Below are positions 1 through 9,915 of a stretch of DNA of 64,000 nt, piece after piece. Positions within the stretch are counted from its first letter, which is position 1; each line of letters starts with the position of its first letter. This DNA comes from Nitrospinales bacterium. GTDB lineage: Bacteria > Nitrospinota > Nitrospinia > Nitrospinales > VA-1. The notes below the pieces were generated by a model. It searched no databases. It saw only the letters and a list, made by a program, of their open reading frames with translations, and was not told where the DNA came from. The DNA is taken from contig OZ253496.1 in the NCBI GenBank assembly GCA_965262115.1, forward strand, positions 1,760,001 to 1,824,000, in the 5' to 3' direction. A program made the translations under genes and the position numbers.

Positions 1-248
1 AATTTATCAATTAAAAAGGAATCGAGATAAATAGTGTGAATAGGCTCTTCGTCCTCAAACCACTTTCTTTTGCAGGGGTCACTATGTTTGATGCATTCCG
101 ATAATGCCTTATCCGTTTTGAAACCAATTTTATAATTTCCCGCAGGAATGCGGATCATGGCCTCTTCGCTCCAACTTTTCTGGGGAAAGCTGAAAAGTGC
201 AAAGACGATAAAGACAATTGATGTGCAATGCATGGGTGGCCTGTTTCG

Positions 249-1643
249 CTAAATCAGTTTTGATCGGAACACTAACAGCTTCTCTTCTGTCATTTCCATC
301 ATGGCGGGAAGAATTCCTCCAACGCCTAACCCGGAAGTTTTGCGGCCATAGAACGGCATCCAATCGACCCGGAACGCGGTGTGGTCGTTGATCATGACAG
401 CGGCGGCGTTGATCCTTTTGGCGGTGTCCAGAGCGGTGTCGATATTTTGGGTGAACACCGCGGCTTGAAAAGAAAAGGGTGTTTGATTGGCTCTTTTGAT
501 CGCTTTCAAACGGTCTTTAAAGGAATAAATAATGACGACCGGCCCGAATATTTCCTGGGAAGAGACCTTGTCCTTGTCGGAAGGATTGAGGATGACTGTG
601 GGGGCGTAACAGGTGGTGCCGATTTTTTTTCCTCCGGTCAGGATTTTTGCACCATTCTTTTTCGCTTCTTTCACCCATTGATCAACACGGTCCACTTCTT
701 TTTCCTGAATCAACGGACCGACTTCCGTTTTTTCATCAGTGGGGTCGCCAACCACAAGTTTTTTAGCCAGCTTGACCAGCCCTTTTGAAAATTTGTCGAC
801 AAGCTTTTCATGCACAAATACTTTTTGCACGGAAACGCAAACCTGCCCGGCATGGTAAAAACCTCCTTTGGCAAGCAAGGGCAGGGCATCCTTCAGGTCC
901 GCGTCATGATCGACGATCACCGGGGCTGCACCGCCATGCTCCAGGGCGCAGCGAGTGCCCGGGGCCAGCTTGGACCGGAGTTTCCATCCGACCTCTCCCG
1001 AACCGATGAACGAGAAAAACGCCACGCGAGGATCGGTTACGAGTTTTTCTGCCAGAGAACTTTCGCAAACGAGTGCCTGACACCATTCCTCGGGTAGTCC
1101 CGCCTCATACAAACATTCAACGAGGTTGAGACAGGAAAGAGGGGTTGCGCGCGCAGGTTTTACGATGACCGGACAGCCCACCGCCACTGCCGGAATCATC
1201 TGGTGGACAATTAAATTGAAAGGGTGGTTGAACGCGCTGATGGCGGCGACCACACCAATCGGTTCCCTAGTGGTCAGGGCCATCCTGTTCATGGATGAAG
1301 CGGTCAGGTTCATGGGGATTTCATGCCCAGTCAACTGGCTGATAGACTGTGCTGCTTCACGGATGCCCTGAACCGCACGATCAAGCTCGATGCGGGAATC
1401 GATCAATGGCTTGCCGCCTTCTTCCGACGACTGGCGGGCAAACTTCTCGGCTTTGGACTGAACAATATCTGCGGTTTTTTCCAGTATCTCGATGCGCCTG
1501 GGAGCGGGAAGGATTTTGTCCGAGTCCTGTGCCAATTGATAAGCGGTTTTCAGAGTCTTCTCGACTCGGGTTGCGTTATCCAGATTAATTTCAGCAATCA
1601 AATGGCCGTCGTAAGGCGAGTTTACCTTCAAGCGTTTCGTCAT
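249..1643 (-). CDS. Aldehyde dehydrogenase family protein
   Basis: 464 aa; FNHPF, FIGSGEVG, LEHGG (catalytic Glu), AGQVCVS (catalytic Cys) and EIFGP motifs. Confidence 0.93.
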   Translation of the reverse strand: MTKRLKVNSPYDGHLIAEINLDNATRVEKTLKTAYQLAQDSDKILPAPRRIEILEKTADIVQSKAEKFARQSSEEGGKPLIDSRIELDRAVQGIREAAQSISQLTGHEIPMNLTASSMNRMALTTREPIGVVAAISAFNHPFNLIVHQMIPAVAVGCPVIVKPARATPLSCLNLVECLYEAGLPEEWCQALVCESSLAEKLVTDPRVAFFSFIGSGEVGWKLRSKLAPGTRCALEHGGAAPVIVDHDADLKDALPLLAKGGFYHAGQVCVSVQKVFVHEKLVDKFSKGLVKLAKKLVVGDPTDEKTEVGPLIQEKEVDRVDQWVKEAKKNGAKILTGGKKIGTTCYAPTVILNPSDKDKVSSQEIFGPVVIIYSFKDRLKAIKRANQTPFSFQAAVFTQNIDTALDTAKRINAAAVMINDHTAFRVDWMPFYGRKTSGLGVGGILPAMMEMTEEKLLVFRSKLI

Positions 1644-1735
1644 GAAGCGGTCCTCATTAAAATTAACCAGCGTGATGCTGGCCAGACCACGCCCGGAGGG
1701 AGTGGGTGCTCAATTGCCCCGGTGGTTACACCGGT

Positions 1736-3376
1736 TTATAAAATACAGGTTCTTGCGTTCAGTTCGTCGATCAATACTTTTTCATTTTCCGAATAATCTA
1801 CCGGCACTTCGATCAGTTGCACTCCCTTGGCATTGAGGCATTCATTGAGAAGCCCGGGCAGTTGGTCGCTGGCTTTCAGGCGATGCCCCGTAGCTCCATA
1901 GGATTCGGCGTACTTAACAAAATCAGGGTTGCCGTAATCCAGACCAAAATCGGGGAAACCCATTCCGGCCTGTTTCCATTTGATCATTCCATAAGCGTCG
2001 TCGCGGAGGATCATCACGACAAGATTTAACCCCAGCCTCACTGCGGTTTCCATTTCCTGAGAATTCATCATGAAGCCGCCATCACCGCAAATCGCCATCA
2101 CTTTTCTATCAGGATGAACAATTTTTGCCCCTATCGCCGATGGCAGGCCGGCTCCCATAGTGGCCAGGGCATTATCCAACAAGACGGTATTAGGCCGATA
2201 GGCTTTATAATTGCGGGCGAACCAGATTTTGTAGACACCGTTATCGAGAGCAATAATGCCATCATCTGGCATGGCCTGCCGAACTTGCGCGACAAGATGC
2301 TGGGGGATCACCGGGAAACGGGCATCTTCACTTCGCTCTTTTAAATGTAACTCAACTTCGGTTTTGACCCGTTCGAAATAGCTGAAGTCCCAGTCCGCAC
2401 ATTTTTCCAGTTTGTCGGCCAGCCTGTCAATGCTTCCGGCGATGTCGCCGATGACATCCAGTTGTGGAAAATATACTTCATCGACATTAGCAGAAAAATA
2501 ATTGATGTGAATCACCTTGGCTCCATTGGAGGACATGAAAAAGGGCGGTTTTTCTATGACATCGTGCCCCACATTGATGATCAGGTCGGCGCGATCGATG
2601 GCACAGTGCAGATAGTCCTTGCTGGAGAGCGCGGCGGTGCCGAGAAAGTGGGGGTGGCTTTCATCCACTACGCCTTTACCCATCTGGGTGTTGAAGCAGT
2701 ATATGCCGGTCTTCTTGATGAATTTAGTCAAGGCACCGCAGGTGCGGTTGCGGTTAGCCCCGGCACCAATGAGCAAAAGTGGATGTTTTGCTGCGTCAAT
2801 CATTTCTACCGCTTTATCAAGCGCCTTTTCATCAGACTGGGGTCTTCGGGTAGTAACGGTTTCGAAAGGAACGGTGGAACACTCTTCGGCGGCGATATCT
2901 TCCGGCAACTCCAAATGCACCGCCCCCGGCCTTTCTTCCCGGGCTATGCGCATGGCTTCATGAATCAGCACGGGGATATTGTTTCCATGCACGATCTGTT
3001 TGGTGAACTTGGTGAGAGGCCGCATCATTTCCACAACGTCGATGATCTGGAAGCGCCCCTGCTTACTTTTTTTAATGGGCTTCTGACCGGATATCATGAG
3101 AATGGGCATGGCCCCCAATTGTGCGTAAGCACCCGACGTTACAAAATTGGTCACTCCGGGTCCTAATGTAGAAAGGCAGACTCCAACTTTTCCGGTCAGC
3201 CTTCCATAAGTTGCGGCCATGAACCCGGCCCCCTGCTCGTGGCGGGTGAGAATCAGTTTGATTTTGGAGGTCCTTAAGGATTCGAGAAAATCAAGATTCT
3301 CTTCTCCGGGAATGCCAAAAATATATTCCACACCCTCATGTTCGAGAGAACGGATAAAAAGGTCAGATGCTTTCAT
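1736..3376 (-). CDS. ilvB: Acetolactate synthase large subunit (ThDP-dependent)
   Basis: FGIPGEE, RHEQGA, TLGPG and GDGGFMMN motifs; start reassigned to MKASDLF (3376). Confidence 0.88.
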   Translation of the reverse strand: MKASDLFIRSLEHEGVEYIFGIPGEENLDFLESLRTSKIKLILTRHEQGAGFMAATYGRLTGKVGVCLSTLGPGVTNFVTSGAYAQLGAMPILMISGQKPIKKSKQGRFQIIDVVEMMRPLTKFTKQIVHGNNIPVLIHEAMRIAREERPGAVHLELPEDIAAEECSTVPFETVTTRRPQSDEKALDKAVEMIDAAKHPLLLIGAGANRNRTCGALTKFIKKTGIYCFNTQMGKGVVDESHPHFLGTAALSSKDYLHCAIDRADLIINVGHDVIEKPPFFMSSNGAKVIHINYFSANVDEVYFPQLDVIGDIAGSIDRLADKLEKCADWDFSYFERVKTEVELHLKERSEDARFPVIPQHLVAQVRQAMPDDGIIALDNGVYKIWFARNYKAYRPNTVLLDNALATMGAGLPSAIGAKIVHPDRKVMAICGDGGFMMNSQEMETAVRLGLNLVVMILRDDAYGMIKWKQAGMGFPDFGLDYGNPDFVKYAESYGATGHRLKASDQLPGLLNECLNAKGVQLIEVPVDYSENEKVLIDELNARTCIL

Positions 3377-3529
3377 GAACGAACCTCTAGTTTCAGAATC
3401 AGGGTTTATGAGAATCGTAGGGTAGAATTTACTGCATAACGCACTCATGTACAATGTCTATCGATTAGTGGTTTCCTTACAAAGGAAATTTGTGAAGGCA
3501 TTGGAGTTATAAATACTGCATGATGAGGG

Positions 3530-3576
3530 AAAACCGGAAGGGCGGAAGCACGATGCTTCCGCCCCGGTTTTTTTTC
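3530..3576. terminator. Intrinsic, possibly bidirectional terminator
   Basis: aaaaccgg..ggcggaagc-acgat-gcttccgccccggtttttttt hairpin directly after the nirK remnant stop. Confidence 0.7.
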
Positions 3577-3851
3577 AGGAAGGTAACGCTTGCTTATTTT
3601 CTCTGCGGAGTCGTGCCATGGGACCCGGAACGGTTCCGCCAAAACTCCAGAAACTATATTTCACGCCATCAGCCAGATCACCCACATATTCTTTGGCTTC
3701 TAAATGGATCACAACGGTATCGGCTCCACGCTTTGTGGTGGGCGGAACATTGGGGGCGTGGGTCAATTGCCGTGACTCCGGCGAAAGCCGCAGAGGCGCC
3801 GAACCCGGCCACCAGGGCAAACACGACTGAAGCACATGTTAGTTTTTTCAT
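3575..3851 (-). pseudogene. nirK: Copper nitrite reductase remnant (5' part, frameshifted and truncated)
   Basis: GGAGGA RBS and signal peptide MKKLTCASVVFALVAGFGASAAFA; after a frameshift near 3770 it reads LTHAPNVPP..VVIHLEAKEYVGDLADGVKYSFWSFGGTVPGPM, the AniA/NirK-type N-terminus; stops about 10 codons later. Confidence 0.8.
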
Positions 3852-4000
3852 TAGCAATCCTCCTGAAGTATTGAAAAAGCAGTTAATGAAAATGAAATAT
3901 GGGTGTGGATTAAAAAATCTCTTCATATCCCGAAATTTTCTGTGGCCGGCCCAAGACTCGAAAAAGAACCAGATCCAGACAAAAAGCCATATATGAGATA

Positions 4001-4070
4001 AAAAGATATATTTATCTTTTATTTAAAACCAAGATATGATATATTAAGTAGATGTCAAGATAAATTTATC
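4001..4070. promoter_or_regulatory. Two GATA-N4-TATC inverted repeats, candidate Rrf2 operators
   Basis: AAAAGATA-TATT-TATCTTTT (4001-4020) and GATAAATTTATC (4059-4070) between the divergent nirK remnant and the Rrf2 gene. Confidence 0.55.
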
Positions 4071-4085
4071 CATTAAAGAGGTGCT

Positions 4086-4532
4086 ATGATTTCCCAGACT
4101 TCAGAATATGCTTTGCGGGCCGTGGTTTGTCTGGCCCAGAATCCGGATAAGCCTCACACCACAGCGGAAATTGCCAAGTGGACCAAGGTTCCCGAGCATT
4201 ATCTGTCCAAGGTTTTGCTGGCTCTAGCCAAGCACGAGGTGGTTTTTTCCAAGAAAGGTCTGCATGGGGGTTATGTGCTGGCGCACGACCCTGAAGACCT
4301 GCCATTGCTGAATGTCATCAACGCGGTGGACCCCATCAAACATATAAAGAGTTGTCCCTTGAAACTGAAAACCCATGGCACCCATCTTTGTCGACTGCAT
4401 AAACGGGTCAATGATTCGATTGACATGATAGAAGAACTATTTCGCACCTCGACCGTTGCCTTGATTCTGAACGAACCCACTCAAAGTATCCCGCTTTGCG
4501 AATCTGTCACCACTCAGCGTGGGGCTAACTAG
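4086..4532 (+). CDS. Rrf2 family transcriptional regulator
   Basis: MISQTSEYALRA, YLSKVL, GLHGGYVL, C-terminal Cys cluster CPL..HLCRLH..PLC. Confidence 0.93.
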   Translation: MISQTSEYALRAVVCLAQNPDKPHTTAEIAKWTKVPEHYLSKVLLALAKHEVVFSKKGLHGGYVLAHDPEDLPLLNVINAVDPIKHIKSCPLKLKTHGTHLCRLHKRVNDSIDMIEELFRTSTVALILNEPTQSIPLCESVTTQRGAN

Positions 4533-4817
4533 CAATAGCTATAGAAGGCTAACAAAAAATTGTCTCGGCCTAAGCAACCATGGTCCCGTTTCCCCGGACG
4601 GGATCCGACATGGGGCTAACTAGCCCACCGGGCTACCGGTCTCATTGCCGCTAGTTGTGCCGAGTGGAAGGGGTACTGTTTGTAAAATTTTTTTCACAAC
4701 CTTCCATTAGGATTTATGCTTTTTTCGATTATACTTTGCATAGATGATAATGCAGGGTTTGCCTGAACTTCCAGGTAGGCTGTAAAACGAAGGCACAATT
4801 TATACGGGGAGAAAAAA

Positions 4818-4976
4818 ATGTCTGAGACCACAGGAAAAGATGTCATGAGTGAGGAAGAGGCTGTTCAGGAAAGTATATTTCAAGTTTCAGCCATCATTGC
4901 TTTGCTGGAACAAAAGAGGATCGTAACGCGCCAGGAAATTTTGGATGAAGTAGAAGGACTAAAAAGCCGGGGATAG
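4818..4976 (+). CDS. Small hypothetical protein (52 aa)
   Basis: GGGGAG RBS; MSETTGKDVMSEEEAVQESIFQVSAIIALLEQKRIVTRQEILDEVEGLKSRG; below the ORF-track length cutoff. Confidence 0.55.
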   Translation: MSETTGKDVMSEEEAVQESIFQVSAIIALLEQKRIVTRQEILDEVEGLKSRG

Positions 4977-5054
4977 CCGAGAAGCCCGATGGCCAAGGAA
5001 AAAGCAAACCCACTGGTTTTACCTTCAGGCTCACTGAATTTGTGGGCGCAAAAT

Positions 5055-5258
5055 TTATTTTTCCAGGTTTGATTTTAAAAAATTCTGCACAACTATTTTG
5101 GTATCTATTACATCAATCACCGCGTTATGGGTGATGATGGTCCCCAGCAGGCTCAAAGCTTGATTGGCGCGTTTTTGGTTTATTTTTGCCTGAACAATAT
5201 CGAGGATACGTTCTACTCTCAGGCCAAAGCTTTTCCCCTCGTGAGTGTGCACCACCAC
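5055..5258 (-). pseudogene. C-terminal CheW-like domain remnant (CheA/CheW)
   Basis: VVVHTHEGKSFGLRVERILDIV...LLGTII...IDVID resembles CheW-like C-termini; no 5' part. Confidence 0.6.
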
Positions 5259-5774
5259 TTCTTTCCCTTCGGAGAGTACTTCCCCTTGTCCGAGGTGTTT
5301 CCCTTTTTACCGAAGTGGTTCAGGTTCAACCGCAGCTATACTCCCGGCAATAATTACCGGGTGATGAACCTGGGAGGCATGGGGTTGATTCCGTCTTTAT
5401 GCTATGAGTCTGTGTTTTCCAGTCACACCCGGCGATTCATCCGTAACGAGGGAAATTTGATTGTCAATATGACGAACGACGGCTGGTGGGGTAGAAGTGA
5501 TCTTCCCATGGTTCATATGGCGGTGTCGATTTTTCGCACCGTTGAGTACCGCGTACAGATGGTGCGCGTGACCAACTCTGGAGTGGGGGCGTTTGTGGAA
5601 GCGACAGGTGAGATTGTTGCAGGCTCGATGACGCCAATGTTTGAAGAAGCCGTGACTTCCTTCCCCTTGTTTATTCCTGAAGAACGGTCTCCTTATTTTT
5701 ATCTTGGCGACTGGTTTCTATGGAGCCTGCTGGTTCTTTTTACTGCCGATCTTATCCGCCATCGTTTTAAGTAA
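5252..5774 (+). pseudogene. lnt: Apolipoprotein N-acyltransferase C-terminal fragment
   Basis: PFGEYFP, LCYE, NMTNDGWWG, RTVEYR..VRVTNSG motifs and terminal TM helix; N-terminal membrane domain absent. Confidence 0.8.
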
Positions 5775-5798
5775 AGAAAGCATCTTAGGAAATGAACA

Positions 5799-7544
5799 TC
5801 AGTCTGAATCAAAAAATTTGTTTTGTTCCAGCTTGTCGAGGATGGAGGTCCAGGTCTCGGGTTGGTTGACCAGCTTGATCTTCCAGGTCTTGAGCGTGGT
5901 GCCGAGTGCCTGGTCGAAGTTGGTCAGGGCATTTTTGTAGTTGATGATTGAATCGGTTTCGCTGTTCTCGGCGGTGACCAGGTCGTTTTGAAAGGTGACG
6001 ATCTGAAAGTTGGTAGTGAGCCCCGCTTTGAGTTTTATCATTTCGACTTCCAGTTTTCTCTTGGAGAGCACCTTGGCCCGGTGGGCCAGGACGAGTTGCA
6101 GGATTTTTAATTCGATATCACGGATCCTGTCTTTAATATCGATTTCAATGCCTTCTTTTAATTCCCTCAGGGAAATCCTTGAGTTTTCCAAACCAATGCT
6201 TGAGCTGACATAGGACGAATGCCGACTCAGGTCGCCAAAAGGGATGGTGAGACTCAGCCCCACTGAATAGTCGGCTCGTCCTGCATCCGCCAACTTTCTT
6301 TCAGCGTTAGAGAATTTGGTGTCGGATCGACTAACGCTGGTGCTTGTGGTCAGTGAAAGATCCCAAAGGCGGTTGTTCTTGGCCACCATTAAACCCATCT
6401 TGGACACTTCATAATTGTTGAGCGCCTGCAGGTAATCCGTGCGGTTTGCCAGAGCGATCTGCAGGCTCTTTTCGTAGTCGGGCTTCATGAGCTTTAGGGT
6501 GGACTTATCTTCCTCCACAGGTACGATGTTCGATGCCTTGTTAACATCCAGAACCTGAATGAGGGAAAGCTGGCTGCTATCGAGATTGTTTCTTGATGTT
6601 AGAAAATCAAATTCTTTTTGGGCGATGTCGGCTTGACTCTGGATCAGTTCCACCCCTGCCAAGCGACCTGTTTCGACGAGAGCCTCGTTGATCGTGAGTT
6701 GTTTCTTTGCTCGTTCCAGTGAATCGGCGGCGATACTGCGTTTTTGGAAAGTCTGCAGGTAACTGCGGTAAGTGGTGATGACGGATGTGATGGTGCTGAT
6801 GAGAGTGGACTGAAGCGAGAGGAGATTATTTTCTTCACCGATCCGTGCTGTTCTTAGGGTCACGGTGTTGATGTCGATGCCCGCGCCTTTGGGCAGGGGT
6901 TGCGTAAAACCCAATGTCCAGGAGGTGGTCAATGAATATTCATCGACGGATTCCCCATCGGTGATGCTGTTGTCCCAGGCGAATGTGATCGTGCCGCCGG
7001 TCTTTATTTTTTGAGTAGCTGAAAAATTAGCTCCGTAAGTATGGATGTCTAAGCGGGTGTCATCAATAGCTGTTGGTCCGGTTGAACTCACTTTGTAACT
7101 GGGAGTGATGGTAAGATCGGGAACAAACTCGTCTTCGGAAACAGCAAGACTGTATTTCTGAGTCACTCGATCCAGATAGGCGCTTTTAATGGTGCGGTTA
7201 AAGCGCATGGCAAGGGCCACACTTTCTTCCAGAGTCAACGGGCCGGAGGGAAGTTTTGGGAATTTGACCCAAAGCCAGGAGTTAACCTACTTCCGCCAGG
7301 ATTTTTCTTTATCGTAGTTGGACGTTGTTCCCAGGTACAAGGAACCGTCAGGAAGTTTTGGGGACTTTATCCAATCCCAGATATCGTCGACCATCGAAGG
7401 GGACTGGGGTTTTTCCTGCGATATTGGTTCGGTTTTTTCTTCCTCGGCGTAGACCCCTGAGGCCGAAAAAAGAGCCATAATCAGGAGAATACCGAGGTAA
7501 CTCACTCTCAGAACCCGTATATATTTAGAAATGAAACCAGGCAC
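5799..7544 (-). pseudogene. TolC-family outer membrane efflux protein with one in-frame TAG
   Basis: ORF 7287-7544 (signal peptide) and ORF 5799-7238 (two OEP repeats) are in the same frame, separated only by TAG at 7287-7289 plus 16 sense codons. Confidence 0.8.
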
Positions 7545-7717
7545 ACTTTCTCCCTAAAGCTTTATTTTATAAAGATTTAGACTGTTTTTAGCCGAGGCAC
7601 ATCTATACCCCCTTTACTTATAAGTATTTACGGTTTTTTTTGAAGATGGGATTAGGAGAATAAACTGTTTAAAAACAAAATTTTAACAAGGACTTAACAT
7701 GCCAAAATCAAAGTTTC

Positions 7718-7897
7718 TTGACAATGCTCGTACAGAGGGGAGTTGATCTTTACAAGGTCAAGGAACTGGCGGGACATAAGGACATTTCTTCTACTCTCAG
7801 ATACGCACATTTGAGAAGAAAGGATCTGACAGATTGCATACGAGTGTTAGACAGTTCAGATTCTATCATAGGGGATAAAAATAAGGACTCACAGTAA
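7718..7897 (+). pseudogene. Tyrosine recombinase/integrase C-terminal remnant
   Basis: Translates LTMLVQRGVDLYKVKELAGHKDISSTLRYAHL: box II G-H and the catalytic Tyr; ends next to the tRNA-Pro 3' end. Confidence 0.8.
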
Positions 7898-7916
7898 TCT
7901 GCAAGTCCTTATTTTA
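7876..7916 (-). terminator. Hairpin downstream of tRNA-Pro
   Basis: aaaataaggact...agtccttatttt inverted repeat. Confidence 0.55.
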
Positions 7917-7917
7917 C

Positions 7918-7995
<78 letters not shown>

Positions 7996-8055
7996 AATTT
8001 TTTATAAACTTTTACTTTAATAAAATAAAATCTCTTGCTCATCGCCCCCACGGTT

Positions 8056-8094
8056 TAGCCCTCCGGGGCAAAAAGGCAAAGGTTAAATATCACT
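8056..8094 (-). repeat. ~40-bp micro-element copy
   Basis: TAGCCCTCCGGGGCAAAAAGGCAAAGGTTAAATATCACT; close to the reverse complement of the 47903 copy. Confidence 0.75.
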
Positions 8095-8776
8095 AGTGGG
8101 CGGAATGCATGCTATGTGTTTTTTTCCGTTGTTCTTCAGTCAGCAGGTTGAGCAAAGCGATTTTTGCTTCTGCCGTTGCCATGATCATTTGAGTTTTGGT
8201 CGCGGCAATTTTCCCAGCCGCTGATCGGATGGCTTGGGCATTTACCTTCTCAGCATGGACCAGTCTGTTGAACTCCATATGCGCAATTTTGTGCTCGGCC
8301 TTGTTGCGAATGCTTTTCTTCCGGTATTCAAATCGCAGTCTCTTGACTTCCGCCACCTGGGCTTCGGTCAGGCCCAGTTTGTCTTTGAAGCGTAACAAAT
8401 GGGTGAACGGGCATTTGCTGGTGTGGCTTCCATGTGAACTTTTTTTATAACCGTGACCGGATCGGGCATGGTGCGAACTTCCTTCGGACTTTTTGTAACT
8501 ATGTCCCTTTGATTTTCTATGATGGTAATAGGATTTTTTAGAGCCACTTCCTTCCGCTTTACGATGACTACTGTTTCCAGATATATGATGGCCCTTGCTT
8601 CCGGAAATATGGTGGGGCATTGTTTTGGTTTTACTGCCCTCAGCTTTTTTCTCTCCATGACTGTAACTGCCGGCACTGCCGGTGCCGATGGAGTCCATTC
8701 CGGTTGCAGCCAGAGCGCTTTGGCTGAAGAACAGGGTTGCAGTCAGAATGACCAGTCTTATTTTCAGATTAAACAT
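8093..8776 (-). CDS. Spy/CpxP/ZraP-like periplasmic protein with His/Ser/Lys-rich N-terminal region
   Basis: Signal peptide, LGLTEAQ and LLTEEQ (LTxxQ) motifs. Confidence 0.8.
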   Translation of the reverse strand: MFNLKIRLVILTATLFFSQSALAATGMDSIGTGSAGSYSHGEKKAEGSKTKTMPHHISGSKGHHISGNSSHRKAEGSGSKKSYYHHRKSKGHSYKKSEGSSHHARSGHGYKKSSHGSHTSKCPFTHLLRFKDKLGLTEAQVAEVKRLRFEYRKKSIRNKAEHKIAHMEFNRLVHAEKVNAQAIRSAAGKIAATKTQMIMATAEAKIALLNLLTEEQRKKTHSMHSAH

Positions 8777-8910
8777 AATCCTCTCCTTGCTTTTGGGTGA
8801 GACCGAGGCAAATCATTTTTTAGCCTGAACCTTTTCCGATAGCCCAACAGGGCAGTTGCCAGTTTAATGCAGGTAAAGCCGTGCTTCACAACTGGCCCTA
8901 CGCTTGGTAA

Positions 8911-8987
<77 letters not shown>

Positions 8988-9000
8988 ATGTTTAAATAGT

Positions 9001-9045
9001 TGGGGTGATCGACAGGATTTTAATCCGCCTCCACGGGAGCCACAA
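9001..9045 (-). pseudogene. Degenerate 3' half of tRNA-His(GUG)
   Basis: Reverse complement TTGTGGCTCCCGTGGAGGCGGATTAAAATCCTGTCGATCACCCCA: anticodon loop GTG, decayed T-arm, His-type CCCCA end; no 5' half. Confidence 0.7.
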
Positions 9046-9243
9046 CACAATGTATTTTAAGGCTATATGTTATGGAAAACGTGTGGATGTTTCCTTATGT
9101 ATTTTGCTAAAGAAAGACATTCTATATGGTATTGCAAAAGAAGGGAACAAGAAAATTTTAAATAATTTTTGGATCCGATGAGCTTCGGGATAGGATTCAG
9201 GGTGTTTCCAAAATTATTGTGTCAGAGGGAAATTGAGGAAAAA

Positions 9244-9915
9244 ATGGTCAAGGCATTGGGTGCGTTTATATTTATAGGAATTATGCTGGCCTTCCTGATC
9301 TTCAACACGCCTGTGACCCGGCTGGGCTCAGGGTTCCTCGTTGGTGATGGGAGGCATGTATTCACCTATCATGATCTGGTGAAAAAAGCGGGAGTCCTGA
9401 ATGTCAAATTCCCCAACGAAGATGATATTGAAGCGGAGGTGATGTTTCTCGATCCTGCCAGCAACCTGGCGATATTGAGATTGAATGAAATGCCGAAAGT
9501 AAAGTGCCTGCCTCTAGTACTGAGTGAAAAAGGATTGGGTCCGCGAAGTGAGTCGGTATTCACATTGGGATACCCGTGGACCAACACTCTGGAAGACCAG
9601 CATGTTTTAATCGAAGGATCCGCCGACACCTCGTCGATGCTGATCGGATTAAAGATGGCCCTTGACCCGGTGCATAGTGGAAGTCCATTGTTCAACTCTC
9701 GGCAGGAGGTGGTGGGAATGGTGTTGTTGGAGGCACATGCCAAAGCCGCGTTTCCAGTGGAGGCTTCGCATCATTTTGCTATCCCGGCATTGTTGTTGGA
9801 AAAAGCCATGAAGGCGGGTAGAATTGATAAAGTCGCTCATCCGGTTGAGAACCTTTCGAGAAATGCGTTCATTTCAAGATCGAGAAATAATATTGTTCTG
9901 ATTGAGGCAAGATAA
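9244..9915 (+). CDS. Membrane-anchored trypsin-like (S1C) peptidase-fold protein
   Basis: GSGFLV, xLAILRL, LGYP, SGSPLFN..VVG; N-terminal TM helix. Confidence 0.8.
   Translation: MVKALGAFIFIGIMLAFLIFNTPVTRLGSGFLVGDGRHVFTYHDLVKKAGVLNVKFPNEDDIEAEVMFLDPASNLAILRLNEMPKVKCLPLVLSEKGLGPRSESVFTLGYPWTNTLEDQHVLIEGSADTSSMLIGLKMALDPVHSGSPLFNSRQEVVGMVLLEAHAKAAFPVEASHHFAIPALLLEKAMKAGRIDKVAHPVENLSRNAFISRSRNNIVLIEAR

Noticed and set aside
3678..3851. Cys-containing 57-aa secreted peptide (RiPP-like)
   Set aside because: The Cys-rich tail is the out-of-frame reading of the nirK remnant.
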